From Candidatus Multivoradales bacterium (GTDB lineage: Bacteria; Acidobacteriota; Thermoanaerobaculia; Multivoradales; J023): 64,000 nucleotides of DNA. The stretch is from assembly GCA_965248925.1 (NCBI GenBank), contig CBDFLE010000006.1:2656001-2720000 (forward strand), read 5' to 3'. Within the stretch, counting starts at the first letter, position 1. Each line of letters starts with the position of its first letter. Shown piece after piece: positions 39,152 through 52,760 of the stretch. Both the position numbers and the translations under genes were made by a program. The notes under the pieces were generated by a model. That model did not search any database. It was not told where the DNA came from and saw only the letters and a program-made list of their open reading frames with translations.

Positions 39152-39736
39152 ATGTCGGATCCTCTTGCCAAGCTGGTAGGCGAGCTATCGCGGCTGCCGG
39201 GCATTGGCCCGAAGACCGCTACCCGCCTCGCCCACCATGTGCTCCGCGCGCCGCGGGGTGAAGCAGAGAATCTGGCGACGGCTTTGGTCGATGTCAAAGA
39301 CAAGCTCTTTCATTGCTCGACCTGTCACTCAATCACGGCCAAGGACCCCTGCCGGATCTGCCAGGATCCACAGCGCGACCAATACTGGCTGTGCGTGGTC
39401 GAAGAGCCCTTCAACATCCCGCCGCTGGAACGCACCGGCGAGTTCCGCGGGCTTTACCATGTGTTGCTCGGCGCCCTCTCGCCGCAGCGCGGAATCGGCC
39501 CTGATCAGCTGCGTATCGACTCACTGATGCGGCGCCTCGACGGGGTGCAGGAAGTCATCCTGGCAACCAACCCAAATGTCGAGGGCGAGGCGACGGCGTT
39601 CTATTTGGCCAGACTGCTCAAGCAACGCGGAATCAACGTCAGCCGCCTTGCCTTCGGCATGCCGGTTGGCGGTGATATCGAGTACACCGACGAGGTTACC
39701 TTGGGCCGGTCGTTAGCTGGTCGGCTTCCCCTCTGA
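39152..39736 (+). CDS. recR: Recombination mediator RecR
   Basis: LPGIGPKTA, C4 zinc finger, YHVL.G, EVILATNPNVEGEAT. Confidence 0.95.
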   Translation: MSDPLAKLVGELSRLPGIGPKTATRLAHHVLRAPRGEAENLATALVDVKDKLFHCSTCHSITAKDPCRICQDPQRDQYWLCVVEEPFNIPPLERTGEFRGLYHVLLGALSPQRGIGPDQLRIDSLMRRLDGVQEVILATNPNVEGEATAFYLARLLKQRGINVSRLAFGMPVGGDIEYTDEVTLGRSLAGRLPL

Positions 39737-39747
39737 GTGGGTCCACG

Positions 39748-40314
39748 GTGCTAGAACGCCCCTTCAAAATCGCCTTCGTCGGCAGCCACGGAGTCGGCAA
39801 GACCACTCTCTGCTACGGCTTGGCTGCGCGCCTCAAAGCTCTGGACGTGGTGCTCGACGTGGTCTACGAGGTCGCTCGGCGCTGCCCTCTGCCGATCAAC
39901 CACGACACCACCCTGGCGGCTCAGTCCTGGATTCTGCACACCCAGATCGCTGAAGAAGTGCTGGCCGCGGCCCGCCACGATCTGGTGATCTGTGACCGCA
40001 GCGTGCTCGACAACTACGTCTACCTACTCAGTGCCGCCGGCCGCCAGCCTCGTCTTGAGCAAATGGTTGATAGTTGGCTACCCACTTACGATCTGCTGGT
40101 CCATGTGCCGATCACCGAGGGTCTGGCGGTCGATGGTCTGCGCTCGACCGATCCCTCGTTCCAAGAACTGATCGAGCAGCAATTATTGAAAGAAATCGCA
40201 CACCGCGGCATCCAGACATTGGAACTCGGAGAGACTCCTCGCGAGCGCTGGATCGAGGCGGTGGAAGAGAGGGTCTTAGAACACCTGGGACCGGCCCAGT
40301 TGCGGCTGCTCTAA
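39748..40314 (+). CDS. AAA_28/NadR-like P-loop nucleotide kinase-fold protein
   Basis: GSHGVGKTT, EVAR, CDRSVLDN, DG.R. Confidence 0.8.
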   Translation: MLERPFKIAFVGSHGVGKTTLCYGLAARLKALDVVLDVVYEVARRCPLPINHDTTLAAQSWILHTQIAEEVLAAARHDLVICDRSVLDNYVYLLSAAGRQPRLEQMVDSWLPTYDLLVHVPITEGLAVDGLRSTDPSFQELIEQQLLKEIAHRGIQTLELGETPRERWIEAVEERVLEHLGPAQLRLL

Positions 40315-40390
40315 GAGCGCCTGAGGAACTTGCCTCGAGCCCTCATTCCCTCCTGTTCATCGCCACCGATCGGTATACAATGCCCGGGTT

Positions 40391-41389
40391 GTGTCGGTAG
40401 TTGAGCGCATCCGAGATTTCGAAATTCTGTCGCATCTTTCGCCCGAGCAGTCTGCGGCCCTGGCGGAGTGCATCACGCCGCTTGATTTCGCCGTCGACGA
40501 TAAAGTCCTCGAAGAAAGGGAACACAGTCGCGAGGCCTATCTGATCGACCGCGGGCGACTGCGCATCCAGCGCGATACACCGTACGGCCACTACACCCTG
40601 GCCGACCTCGACGCCGGCGCGTTCTTCGGCGAAACCAGCTTTATCGACGAGCATGGACGTTCAGGTGACGTGGTCGTGCTCGAAGCAGCGACCCTGTTGC
40701 CCTTCAACCCGCTGGCCCTCGAAGATGCCTTCCAGGCAGACCGTCGGCTTCGCATCGCCCTCCATTGGGCCTTCTGGAAGAGCCTTTCACGGAAGCTGCG
40801 CCAGACTAACCAGATGCTCGCTGACTTCTTTTCCGGCGCCGACGACCCCCCCACCACCGTTGCTTTCGACCCGCGTCAAAGTGGAGAATTCCACATCGCC
40901 CTCAGCGCCAAGCGCAAGCTCTTCCGTGAGCAGAAGCTGTCGACCATGGAAATCAACTTCCTCTCTTCCCTGTCGACGGAGAGAAGCTATGAGGCGGGCC
41001 ATGAGATTTTTCGCGAGGGTGAGCCTGGAGACAGCTTGTACGTGGTTCTCGATGGCCGCGTGATGATCAGCAAGATCATCTCCGGAGCTGGCGAAGAAGC
41101 TCTGGCAATTCTTGAGCGCGGTGCCTATTTTGGAGAGATGGCGCTGATCGACAGCGAACCGCGATCGGCCAATGCTAAGGCGCACGAGGGCGGTGCCGTA
41201 GTGCTGAAAATTTCCCGTGATGTGCTGGGCGGAATTCTCGACATCCAAAAAGTGTCATCTTTCCGCTTGCTCAATCTACTCTGCGGCCTGGTGGCGAAGC
41301 GATTACGAGAAGTCGACGATAAGCTGGTCGGCTGGCATATCTTCTCTTCCGGATCGGGTCAATCTCTGGAAAAACCCTCCTCTTCCTGA
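40391..41389 (+). CDS. Tandem cyclic nucleotide-binding domain protein
   Basis: Two CNB repeats: FFGETSFID..GRS and YFGEMALID..PRSA; no HTH. Confidence 0.88.
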   Translation: MSVVERIRDFEILSHLSPEQSAALAECITPLDFAVDDKVLEEREHSREAYLIDRGRLRIQRDTPYGHYTLADLDAGAFFGETSFIDEHGRSGDVVVLEAATLLPFNPLALEDAFQADRRLRIALHWAFWKSLSRKLRQTNQMLADFFSGADDPPTTVAFDPRQSGEFHIALSAKRKLFREQKLSTMEINFLSSLSTERSYEAGHEIFREGEPGDSLYVVLDGRVMISKIISGAGEEALAILERGAYFGEMALIDSEPRSANAKAHEGGAVVLKISRDVLGGILDIQKVSSFRLLNLLCGLVAKRLREVDDKLVGWHIFSSGSGQSLEKPSSS

Positions 41390-41397
41390 ACCTCTTT

Positions 41398-42471
41398 TCA
41401 GCCTCTTTTGAGGACTTGTTGACGAGGCTGTTCAAACCAGCTCCTCAGCACTTTGTCGACCATCGAAGACACCGGATACTGATCGCCTCCTAGGGGCTCA
41501 ACCCACGCTGCTTCCGGTCCCTCCGCCACACTCTCGCCAGCTGTCAATTCTCCGCCGTGGATCCACCCAATGATCGCTCGATGGGTGATGTGATGGCGGA
41601 TCTGCGCCGTCGCCTTGCCGTCTAGCCGCCATTGGCCGCCATACCGGGTCTCCAACTCGGCCTCAAGCTGCCTAGGTTGAGCGCCCATGGCGACTGTCGG
41701 CAACTCCCACATGCCCGCCAGTAACTCGGCGTCGCTCGGCCGGCGAAAAAGCAGCACTCGCCCAGCCTTCTCAATCACCACCATGGCCAGCTCCAGCCGC
41801 TCCGTCCGCCGCCGCCGCCGCGGGCTCGGGTAGAGTTTGACTTGGTCGTTCACGCGCGCTCGACAACCTCCCGCCAAAGGACATCGGCCGCAATCTGCCT
41901 GCTGTGGCCGGCAGAGGGTGGCACCGAGCTCCATCAATGCCTGATTGCTGTCACCTGGCCGGCCGCGCAGCAGCAGTCCAGTCGCGGTTTCGACCAACTG
42001 CCGGCGCAACGTGCTCCTTTTAGGATCCCCCGCAAGAGCGAGAAATCGGCACAGGACTCGCTCCACGTTGCCATCGAGCACGGCAACATGCTCGCCAAAA
42101 GCAATACTAGCTATCGCGGCCGCGGTGTAGGGCCCAATCCCAGGCAAACGACGCAACTCCTCAGCGCTACCAGGCAACTCGGCCCGCAACGCCGCAACCT
42201 GCACCGCTGCGGCGTGGAGCTGGCGGGCACGACGGTAATAACCCAAACCCGACCACAGAGCGAGCACCTCTTCGATCTCGGCCGCCGCTAGCTCGCTAAC
42301 GGTCGGAAACCGATCCAGGAACTTCTCGTAATAGGGCAGCACTGTCGCCACCTGCGTCTGCTGCAACATGATCTCAGACACCCAGATTCGATAGGAATCG
42401 CGAGATCGCCGCCAAGGTAAATCCCGACGCCGACGGTCGTACCACTGCAAGAGTTCGGTCGCCAGGCTCAT
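41398..42471 (-). CDS. mutY: A/G-specific adenine glycosylase
   Basis: WVSEIMLQQTQV, W.GLGYY.RA, LPGIGPYTA, DGNV, Fe-S Cys motif. Confidence 0.95.
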   Translation of the reverse strand: MSLATELLQWYDRRRRDLPWRRSRDSYRIWVSEIMLQQTQVATVLPYYEKFLDRFPTVSELAAAEIEEVLALWSGLGYYRRARQLHAAAVQVAALRAELPGSAEELRRLPGIGPYTAAAIASIAFGEHVAVLDGNVERVLCRFLALAGDPKRSTLRRQLVETATGLLLRGRPGDSNQALMELGATLCRPQQADCGRCPLAGGCRARVNDQVKLYPSPRRRRRTERLELAMVVIEKAGRVLLFRRPSDAELLAGMWELPTVAMGAQPRQLEAELETRYGGQWRLDGKATAQIRHHITHRAIIGWIHGGELTAGESVAEGPEAAWVEPLGGDQYPVSSMVDKVLRSWFEQPRQQVLKRG

Positions 42472-43260
42472 CCCCTAGATCCCCAGAACCCGCTGTAGAT
42501 CCTAGTTGACAATTTTTTTCAACTCCGGTGACAAGTGATGTTGCTCAAATACTGCTCGATGCGGATTCCGAAGGGCGCCAACAGCCTTCTGCGAGTTCAT
42601 CGCTGTCGAGAGTAACCAACGCCGACGCCCAACCGCCTTTGACCCTAGGCGGCGAAATCGCCAACAGACTATGAGATTGTGGAACTGAATCCAAGAGTTC
42701 AGGATGGGGGAGGTTCGGTACTTGGAGAGACTTGTCGGTCTACCCCTGTAGAGAAGGGGAGTGGGAAGAGAATTGTGGACGAGATACGGAGATCTCGTAG
42801 GTCAGGATTGTCTTTGAGACTAGAGGCGTGGACCTCGAACCCCCCCCGGGTTATCCTGTTGTATGACAGTGTCCGCAATCATCGTGCCAACTCATCAGGA
42901 TCGGCCTTTCACTATTCACTTATCGTCAAGCCGCGACGCGAAGGCGCCCAGAAGCCCAATTTTGCTCTGGATCTTCCTGCAGCGACGCGGTATCTTGATT
43001 CTTCCCGTTAGGGAATCCGTCTGTCTCAGAGTGTCGCCCCCTTCTCTTGGAGCGGGCGGTCGAGCTACCAGAAGCCGACCCCCGAACAGCCTTGGTGCCA
43101 GACCTCCAGGCACACCCTCCAATCAGCTCCGGAGTGCTGTGGGGACACCGAAGGACAGCTTTAAATTGCCTCGTTTGGGGCGTCAGCCTGTGTTAGGCTA
43201 ACCGCCTATATTGCCGGCACAATTACAGTAGTGCATCGACTTCCAGATGCATTTGGAAGC

Positions 43261-43298
43261 TGTGGAATTTCCACATCTTGTGGAAAAACTGTGGATAT
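43261..43298. promoter_or_regulatory. DnaA-box cluster upstream of dnaA
   Basis: TGTGGAATTTCCACA palindrome, TGTGGAAAA (43279-87), TGTGGATAT (43290-98). Confidence 0.75.
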
Positions 43299-43354
43299 TC
43301 GGACCGCCGCCTGTTGACCGCGCGGTCCATAGGTCAAAAAGCGGCGCTGGGTAG

Positions 43355-44644
43355 ATGAAACAGACGCGTTGGAATCAAGTTAAAAGCCATCTAGAAGAGC
43401 AGCTCGACCCTGAAGAGTTCTCCACCTGGTTCGGTCCCCTCCGGGTGCGCTCTGATCGCGATAGCCGGCTCGTGCTGCAAGCTCCGAATCAGCATTTCGT
43501 CCGTACTCTTGAGCAGAGCTACCGACCGGCGATCGACCGCGCCGTCGCCGGCCTCGACAAGGCCGGCTTCGAAGTTCTCTTCACCGTTGACGAAAACGAA
43601 GAATCCCCGACCCCTCGACCCGTACCTTCGACCCAATTCGACCCTCGCTACCGGTTCGAGAATTTCATCGTCGGCAATTCGAATGAATTCGCTCATGCGG
43701 CCGCCCGCGGCGTCGTCGAGAGCGTCTCCCACAGCTACAACCCTCTGTTCCTCTATGGCGGAGTCGGACTCGGCAAGACCCACTTGATGCACGCCATTGG
43801 CCACGAGATCTTGGGCCGAGATCCAGCCAAGCAGGTGATGTACCTGCCGGCCGAGCAATTCGTCAACGAGTTGATCAACTCGATCCGTTTCGATCGCATG
43901 CCGGCCTTCCGCGACCGCTACCGCACCATCGACGTGCTACTCATCGACGACATCCAGTTCATCGCCAACAAGGAACGCACCCAAGAAGAGTTCTTCCACA
44001 CCTTCAACACCCTTTACACCAGCCAGAAGCAAATCATCTTGTCCTCGGATTGCTCGCCGCGCAATATCCCGGCTCTTGAAGAGCGCCTGCGCAGTCGCTT
44101 CGAGTGGGGCTTGATCGCCGACATCCAACCTCCCGAGTTGGAAACCAAGATCGCCATCTTGCGGCGCAAGGCCGAGGTTGCCGATATCGACCTTGAAGAC
44201 GATGTAGCTCTGTTCATCGCCCAGCACGTCAAATCCAATATCCGTGAACTCGAAGGCTTGCTCAACAGAGTCCGTGCGTTCGCCTCACTCACCGGCCAGC
44301 GCATCTCTCTCGACCTGACCAAGGACACCCTGCGCGACATCTTGCCCGCCAATGGTCAGCGGGTCACCAGCGGTGAGATCATCAAATTCGTCGCCCGCCA
44401 CTACGGTCTCAAAGTGAGCGAGATCAAGAGTCGCAACAACTCCAAGCACATCTCATTCCCCCGCCAAGTGGCCATGTACCTGTGCAAGAAGCTCACCCGC
44501 CTTTCCTTCCCGGATATCGGCAAGCAGTTCAACAACAAACACCACTCGACTGTGATGTACTCAGTAGAGAAGATCGACCAGCTACGCGAAAAAGACCCGG
44601 ATCTGGACCGCACCGTTGTCGGCCTGCTCGAACACTTCACCTGA
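43355..44644 (+). CDS. dnaA: Chromosomal replication initiator DnaA
   Basis: YNPLFLYGGVGLGKTHL, DDIQF, QEEFFHTFN, RLRSRFEWGL, HSTV. Confidence 0.98.
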   Translation: MKQTRWNQVKSHLEEQLDPEEFSTWFGPLRVRSDRDSRLVLQAPNQHFVRTLEQSYRPAIDRAVAGLDKAGFEVLFTVDENEESPTPRPVPSTQFDPRYRFENFIVGNSNEFAHAAARGVVESVSHSYNPLFLYGGVGLGKTHLMHAIGHEILGRDPAKQVMYLPAEQFVNELINSIRFDRMPAFRDRYRTIDVLLIDDIQFIANKERTQEEFFHTFNTLYTSQKQIILSSDCSPRNIPALEERLRSRFEWGLIADIQPPELETKIAILRRKAEVADIDLEDDVALFIAQHVKSNIRELEGLLNRVRAFASLTGQRISLDLTKDTLRDILPANGQRVTSGEIIKFVARHYGLKVSEIKSRNNSKHISFPRQVAMYLCKKLTRLSFPDIGKQFNNKHHSTVMYSVEKIDQLREKDPDLDRTVVGLLEHFT

Positions 44645-44706
44645 TCCGCTCTTCACCTGACGCTGATCATCGGCTCCTCCACCAGTACCAGCCTCATAGT
44701 GATTCG

Positions 44707-44747
44707 GAAGTAGCTATCCGGCCAAGAAGTAGCTATCCGGCCAAGAA
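44707..44747. repeat. 19-bp perfect tandem duplication
   Basis: GAAGTAGCTATCCGGCCAA x2 plus GAA. Confidence 0.9.
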
Positions 44748-44749
44748 AA

Positions 44750-45025
44750 CGGCCGGTGGAAAAGCTCTGCAAAAACCTGCGGCATGGTTGTGCACACACT
44801 GTGGAAATCTCCCACTTCGACTATTTTCCACAGTCTATCCACAGCCGCTCCGCAGCCCAGGCTGGAAGGGGCAGCGGAAAAACCGCGGATTATCGCTCAA
44901 CGCAGTATCTGTTGGGCGTTCGGGCCAACCTTCCTCTGTTTCTCCACAGCTCCGGGGCGACTTCTCCACAGCCTCTTGCACAATCCACAGGACCGTCTAT
45001 TACTGTATTCCTGTGTGATAACTTC
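44750..45025. other. oriC: Probable oriC (dnaA-dnaN intergenic)
   Basis: DnaA-box-like 9-mers TTTTCCACA 44824, CTATCCACA 44835, TTCTCCACA 44940 and 44962, CAATCCACA 44981, then GGACC and TATTAC trios. Confidence 0.8.
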
Positions 45026-45054
45026 CCCCTACCTAAGGAGGAGGAAGACAGGTC

Positions 45055-46152
45055 ATGGAAATTCGACTGAATCGAGCCGAGTTCTTGAGCGAGCTCGTGC
45101 CGATGCTGGGGATCGTCGAGCGCCGCACGACCATCCCGGTTTTGTCCCATCTCTTACTTCGCGCTGGCGAAGATAGACTCGCAATTGCGGCCACCGATCT
45201 GGAGGTCTCATTGACTTCCTGGTGCACTGGTGAGCTGGTCCAGGAGGGCACCATTGCCGTTCAGGCCAAGAAGCTGGCGGAGATCATCCGTGCATCCGCT
45301 GGTGACGAGGTCACGCTGACCATCGCTGATCCCGGCACCTTGTCGATCCTAGTCGGCAAATCGCGTTTCAAGATTCGCGGCCTGCCGGCGGAGGACTTCC
45401 CCACTCTGCCGAGAATAGAGGTAGAAAAGACGGTAGAACTGCCTTTTGGCACCTTCCGGCAGATGATCGCCAAAGTGTTCTTCGCCATCTCCAACGAGGA
45501 GTCGCGCTACCAACTGTCAGGCGCCCTGATGCAGCAGGGGGAGGAGCTGCTCAGCCTGGTGGCGACCGATGGACACCGTTTAGCGTTGGTCGACTGCGCG
45601 GTGGCCGGGTTGGCTGCCGCCGAGGGCGTGCTAGTACCGCGCAAGGCCCTGCAAGAGTTGCAGCGTTTTGACAGCGAAAAGGATATGTCCTTCCGCCGCG
45701 GCGAGCACCATCTGTCGTTCACCGTGGGCCGGCGACAGCTGATATGCCGGATTCTCGAAGGCACTTTCCCCGACTACGAACGGGTGATAGCCAAGGACAA
45801 CGACAAACATGTAGTCACTGACCGCAAGCATCTCTCGGAGGTTGTCCACCGGGTCAGCCTGTTGACCGGCGACCGAACTCGCGCCATTCGCCTCGAGGTG
45901 CATCCCGGTCAGCTGGTGCTGTCGGCGGCCAACCCGGATCTCGGTGAAGCAACCGAGAGCGTGCCTTGCGCCTACGAAGGCGAGGAAATTTCGCTGGGGG
46001 TCAACCCTGACTACCTGCGCGAGTTCCTCGCCGCCACAGCCACCGATCAGGTGCGTCTCGAACTCAAGAATGAGGATTCGCAGTGCGTCACCTATCCGGT
46101 GGATGGCCCTGATCGGCGCTATGTCTGTGTGATCATGCCAATCCGCCTCTAG
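45055..46152 (+). CDS. dnaN: DNA polymerase III beta clamp
   Basis: TIPVLS, ATDLE, VATDGHRL, FPDYERVI, IMPIRL; RBS AAGGAGG. Confidence 0.96.
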   Translation: MEIRLNRAEFLSELVPMLGIVERRTTIPVLSHLLLRAGEDRLAIAATDLEVSLTSWCTGELVQEGTIAVQAKKLAEIIRASAGDEVTLTIADPGTLSILVGKSRFKIRGLPAEDFPTLPRIEVEKTVELPFGTFRQMIAKVFFAISNEESRYQLSGALMQQGEELLSLVATDGHRLALVDCAVAGLAAAEGVLVPRKALQELQRFDSEKDMSFRRGEHHLSFTVGRRQLICRILEGTFPDYERVIAKDNDKHVVTDRKHLSEVVHRVSLLTGDRTRAIRLEVHPGQLVLSAANPDLGEATESVPCAYEGEEISLGVNPDYLREFLAATATDQVRLELKNEDSQCVTYPVDGPDRRYVCVIMPIRL

Positions 46153-46166
46153 AGAACCCTGCTGGG

Positions 46167-47216
46167 TTGTTGGTTCATTTCGAAGCGCGCGGATTTCGCA
46201 ACTTGGCGCCCTTTGACCGCGCCTTCGAGAGAGGTTCTCATCTAATCCTGGGAGATACTGGCGCCGGCAAGACCAGCCTGCTCGAAGCTATCTACCTGCT
46301 GGCTACCACCCGCAGCTTTCGCACTTCTCAAATCGCCGACTGCCGCCGCCATGGAGAGTCGACCTTCGAACTCGCTGGCGAGGTTGAGAACGACGCTCGC
46401 CAGCGGCTCGAAGTTAGCTGGTCGAAGAGTGGGCGACGACGAAAGTTCAATGGTTCCCGGAGTTCATTAGCCAAACACCTCGCCGTTTTGCCGGTGATCT
46501 GTTGGACTTCTAACGATTGTCAGATCCTCACCGGGCCGCCCGAGGCGCGGCGGCGTTTCCTCGATCGGGGTTTGGTTGGTCTGCGGCCCGCAGCGGTGTC
46601 GGTCTTCGCTCGTTACCGCCAGGCCCTGGCGGCGAAGCGGCAACTGCTGCTGACTGGCGGTGGTGAACTACGAGTTTGGAACAAGGTGCTAGCGGTAGCC
46701 GCTGCTGAACTGATTGCCCTCCGTGGAGCCTACGTCGAGCGCCTGTCACAAGCTTTGGCAGAGGTGCTCGGGGAAAACAACTTGGGCCTGCCCGAAATAT
46801 CCCTCACTTACCGTCCCTCACCAGCCGCCCAAACTGCCGAGGGTCTCGAGAGCTTGTTCGAAGCGGTTGCCGAGCGCGAATTGCAGGCCGTGCGACCGTT
46901 GCTGGGGCCGCACCGTGACGACCTCCGAATCCGCTGGCAAGGGCATGAAATCCGCCGTGTGGCCTCAGCCGGTGAGCGCAAGCTCCTCGGCCTCTCATTG
47001 TTGGCTGCCCAAGGAAGAGTCTTGGCAGCCTCCAAAAAGCGCCCCATCTATCTGCTAGACGATGTTGATACCGAACTCGACGGTCGACGCTTGGCTTCCA
47101 TCTGGGCTGTATTTTCATCCGCGGAACAGCTCTTCGCGACCTCCAACCGGGCTCGGATATGGCGCGATGTGGAGCCCCTTCAGCGTCTGGAGTGCAGTGC
47201 CGGAGAGTTTGCCTGA
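46167..47216 (+). CDS. recF: DNA replication/repair protein RecF
   Basis: GFRN, G.TGAGKTSLLEAIY, RRRFLD, GPHRDDL, SAGE, LLDDV..ELD. Confidence 0.93.
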   Translation: MLVHFEARGFRNLAPFDRAFERGSHLILGDTGAGKTSLLEAIYLLATTRSFRTSQIADCRRHGESTFELAGEVENDARQRLEVSWSKSGRRRKFNGSRSSLAKHLAVLPVICWTSNDCQILTGPPEARRRFLDRGLVGLRPAAVSVFARYRQALAAKRQLLLTGGGELRVWNKVLAVAAAELIALRGAYVERLSQALAEVLGENNLGLPEISLTYRPSPAAQTAEGLESLFEAVAERELQAVRPLLGPHRDDLRIRWQGHEIRRVASAGERKLLGLSLLAAQGRVLAASKKRPIYLLDDVDTELDGRRLASIWAVFSSAEQLFATSNRARIWRDVEPLQRLECSAGEFA

Positions 47217-47510
47217 AGAGCTCCTCAATGGGCCGGGTAGTTGGCGCCTAACTACTTGTTCTTCTCGTAGTTTAGGAAAGTGCAAACAGGTGCTTCGTAT
47301 GGTAGACTAATAGGGTTCGGAAAGCGTGTCTCATGTGCTGGGTGAAAACCCCGGAATCTGCCTGAAACAGTCTGATAAGCAATCCCTGGAAAGCGACTTT
47401 CTAGAGCGAGTTTGGTGCGCTTCTGTCTAGCGTTCGCGGGCAAGCGCAGGGTTGTCGATGGTTCGGCGAAGGCTACTTCAAAGTCTAGATTCTCAGCTTG
47501 GATTCGGTGA

Positions 47511-49997
<2,487 letters not shown>

Positions 49998-50104
49998 CCA
50001 CTGGGTAGGGAGATCACCTAGCGAGGATGATCCCGACGAACGACAACAACTAGCTATCTCGGGCAGCCCACCGCGGCCTGCTCGGATCGAGGTCGGCTAG
50101 ATCG

Positions 50105-52702
50105 ATGAGCGAAGACAGCAAGCCTATAGACGATATCCAGCCGATCGATATCGAAGAGGAACTCAGACGGAGTTACCTCGATTACGCCATGAGCGTGATC
50201 ATCGGCCGGGCCCTCCCCGACGTTCGCGACGGCCTCAAGCCAGTGCACCGGCGGGTGCTCTACGGCATGTGGGAGAGCGGCAACCGGGCCGGCCGGGCGT
50301 ATAAGAAGTCCGCCCGCATCGTTGGTGACGTGATGGGTAAGTACCACCCGCACGGCGACGGTCCGATCTACGACACCGTGGTTCGCCTGGCGCAGGACTT
50401 CTCGATGCGCTATCCGCTGGTCGACGGCCAAGGTAACTTTGGTTCCCTCGATGGCGACAGCCCGGCGGCGATGCGCTACACCGAAGTCCGCCTGACTCGT
50501 CTAGCCGAGGAGATGCTGCGCGAGGACATCGACAAAGAGACCGTAGATTGGCTGCCAAACTACGACAATTCAGAGACCGAACCCACCGTCCTGCCGGCCC
50601 GCCTGCCCAATCTGCTGATCAATGGCTCGACCGGTATCGCAGTCGGTATGGCGACCAACATTCCGCCGCACAACCTGAGCGAGGTCATCGCTGCGGTGGT
50701 GCTGTTGATCGACCAACCGGACGCTACCCTGGCCCATCTGCTCGAGGTGATGCCGGGTCCGGACTTCCCCACCGCTGGCTTTCTGCACGGCACCGACGGG
50801 TTGCAAAGCGCCTACGCCACCGGCCGCGGCTCAATCCAGATGCGGGCGCGGGCCAGGATCGAAAATCTGCCCCATGACCGCTATGTAATCATCGTCACCG
50901 AGATCCCCTTCCAGGTCAACAAAGCTCGCCTGGTGGAGCGCATCGCCGACTTGGTGCGCGACAAGAAGATCGAAGGCATCAGCGATCTCCGCGACGAGTC
51001 GGACCGCAACGGCATCCGCATCGTCATCGAACTCAAGCGGGGTGAGGTTGCCGAGGTGATCTTGAACACCCTCTACAAGATGACCCAGCTGCAGACCTCT
51101 TTCGGCATCAACATGGTGGCGATCGTCGACAATCGTCCGCAGGTGCTGGGTCTGCGCGAGATATTGGGTCACTTCCTCGACCACCGCAAGACGGTGATTA
51201 TTCGCCGAGTGCGTTTCGATCTGCGAAAGGCCGAGCATCGGGCGCATATCTTGGAAGGACTGCTCAAAGCCCTTGATCATATCGACGAGATCATCGCCAC
51301 CATCCGCGCCTCGGCAACTCCTGAGGAAGCCCGTGGCAACTTGATGAGCCAGTTTGCCTTCACCGAGATCCAGGCACAGGCGATTCTCGACATGCGTCTG
51401 CAGCGCCTCACCGGCTTGGAGCGCGACAAGCTGGTCGAGGAGTATCGCCAGCTGATGGAGTTGATCGAACGCTTGCGCTCCATCTTGGCTTCCGACGAGC
51501 TGTTGTTGGCCGAGATCCGTGGTGAGTTGTTGGATATCCGCGACACCTATGGCGATGCGCGTCGCACTGAGATCATCCACGCCACCCACGACATCACCAT
51601 CGAGGACATGATTGCTGACGAGGACATGGTAATCACTGTTACCAAGGCGGGCTACATCAAGCGCTCGCCGCTAGCGATCTACCGTGAGCAAGGGCGTGGT
51701 GGCAAGGGCCGCAAAGGGATGGTGATCAAAGAGGGCGATTTTGTCGAGCACCTCTACATCGCTTCAGCCCACAGCTACATTCTGGTCTTCACCATGAGCG
51801 GCCGAGTGCATTGGCTGAAGGTGCATCGGATTCCGGAACTCGGGCCGGCAGCGCGGGGCAAAGCGATCGTCAATCTGCTCCAACTCGAAGCCTCCGAAAA
51901 GGTCGCAACCACCGTCGCGGTGCGCGACTTCGCCGCTGGCTACTTAATCTTCGCCACCCAAAGCGGCACGGTGAAGAAAACCGAGCTGGCAGCCTTTGGC
52001 CACCCCCGGGTCGGCGGCATCATCGCCATTCGCATCGACGACGACGACCGCCTACTCGATGTGCGGGTCACCGACGACGACAGCGATATCTTCCTGGCCA
52101 CCGCGGGAGGCTATGCGATCCGTTTTCCCTCGACTGACGCCCGGCCTCTGGGTCGAGCCACCCGCGGCGTGCGCGGCGTCCGCCTGCGCTCCGGCGATCG
52201 GGTGGTCGGCATGGAGACCCTGGTGCCGGAGGGCGATCTGCTCACCGTCAGCGTTCTGGGCTACGGCAAACGCACTAGTCTCGACGAATATCGCGTACAA
52301 AGCCGTGGCGGTAAAGGCATCATCAACCTCAAAGTGTCGGAGAAGACCGGTGAGGTGGTCGGCGTCAAGCAGGTGCGGCCTGAAGACGGTCTGGTCTTGA
52401 TCACTCAAGGTGGCAAACTGATCCGCACCGACGTTGCCGGAGTCAGCCAGATAGGCCGCTCCACCCAGGGGGTCAAGGTAATGAACCTGGGGCCTGGCGA
52501 CACCGTGGTGGCAGTGGCCAAAGTAGTCGAGAGCGATGACGAGGAAGAGGGTAAGCAGAATCCGGACGGTGAGACTGATGGCACCGATGCGGACCAGCCT
52601 ACTGAAGAGCAATCCACCCCGGACGGCACCGACAGGGATGCAGGTGATGGCGAATCCAGCGACGCAGAAAAAGACGACACCGATCCAGATCTAGTGAATT
52701 GA
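50105..52702 (+). CDS. gyrA: DNA gyrase subunit A
   Basis: [23 protein letters not shown], GyrA-box-like QGRGGKG, acidic tail. Confidence 0.97.
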   Translation: MSEDSKPIDDIQPIDIEEELRRSYLDYAMSVIIGRALPDVRDGLKPVHRRVLYGMWESGNRAGRAYKKSARIVGDVMGKYHPHGDGPIYDTVVRLAQDFSMRYPLVDGQGNFGSLDGDSPAAMRYTEVRLTRLAEEMLREDIDKETVDWLPNYDNSETEPTVLPARLPNLLINGSTGIAVGMATNIPPHNLSEVIAAVVLLIDQPDATLAHLLEVMPGPDFPTAGFLHGTDGLQSAYATGRGSIQMRARARIENLPHDRYVIIVTEIPFQVNKARLVERIADLVRDKKIEGISDLRDESDRNGIRIVIELKRGEVAEVILNTLYKMTQLQTSFGINMVAIVDNRPQVLGLREILGHFLDHRKTVIIRRVRFDLRKAEHRAHILEGLLKALDHIDEIIATIRASATPEEARGNLMSQFAFTEIQAQAILDMRLQRLTGLERDKLVEEYRQLMELIERLRSILASDELLLAEIRGELLDIRDTYGDARRTEIIHATHDITIEDMIADEDMVITVTKAGYIKRSPLAIYREQGRGGKGRKGMVIKEGDFVEHLYIASAHSYILVFTMSGRVHWLKVHRIPELGPAARGKAIVNLLQLEASEKVATTVAVRDFAAGYLIFATQSGTVKKTELAAFGHPRVGGIIAIRIDDDDRLLDVRVTDDDSDIFLATAGGYAIRFPSTDARPLGRATRGVRGVRLRSGDRVVGMETLVPEGDLLTVSVLGYGKRTSLDEYRVQSRGGKGIINLKVSEKTGEVVGVKQVRPEDGLVLITQGGKLIRTDVAGVSQIGRSTQGVKVMNLGPGDTVVAVAKVVESDDEEEGKQNPDGETDGTDADQPTEEQSTPDGTDRDAGDGESSDAEKDDTDPDLVN

Positions 52703-52760
52703 CCGGGTCCTGTGGTCTGAACCCATCAATTTTGAACCGAGATCCTCAGCGGGAGGCACA

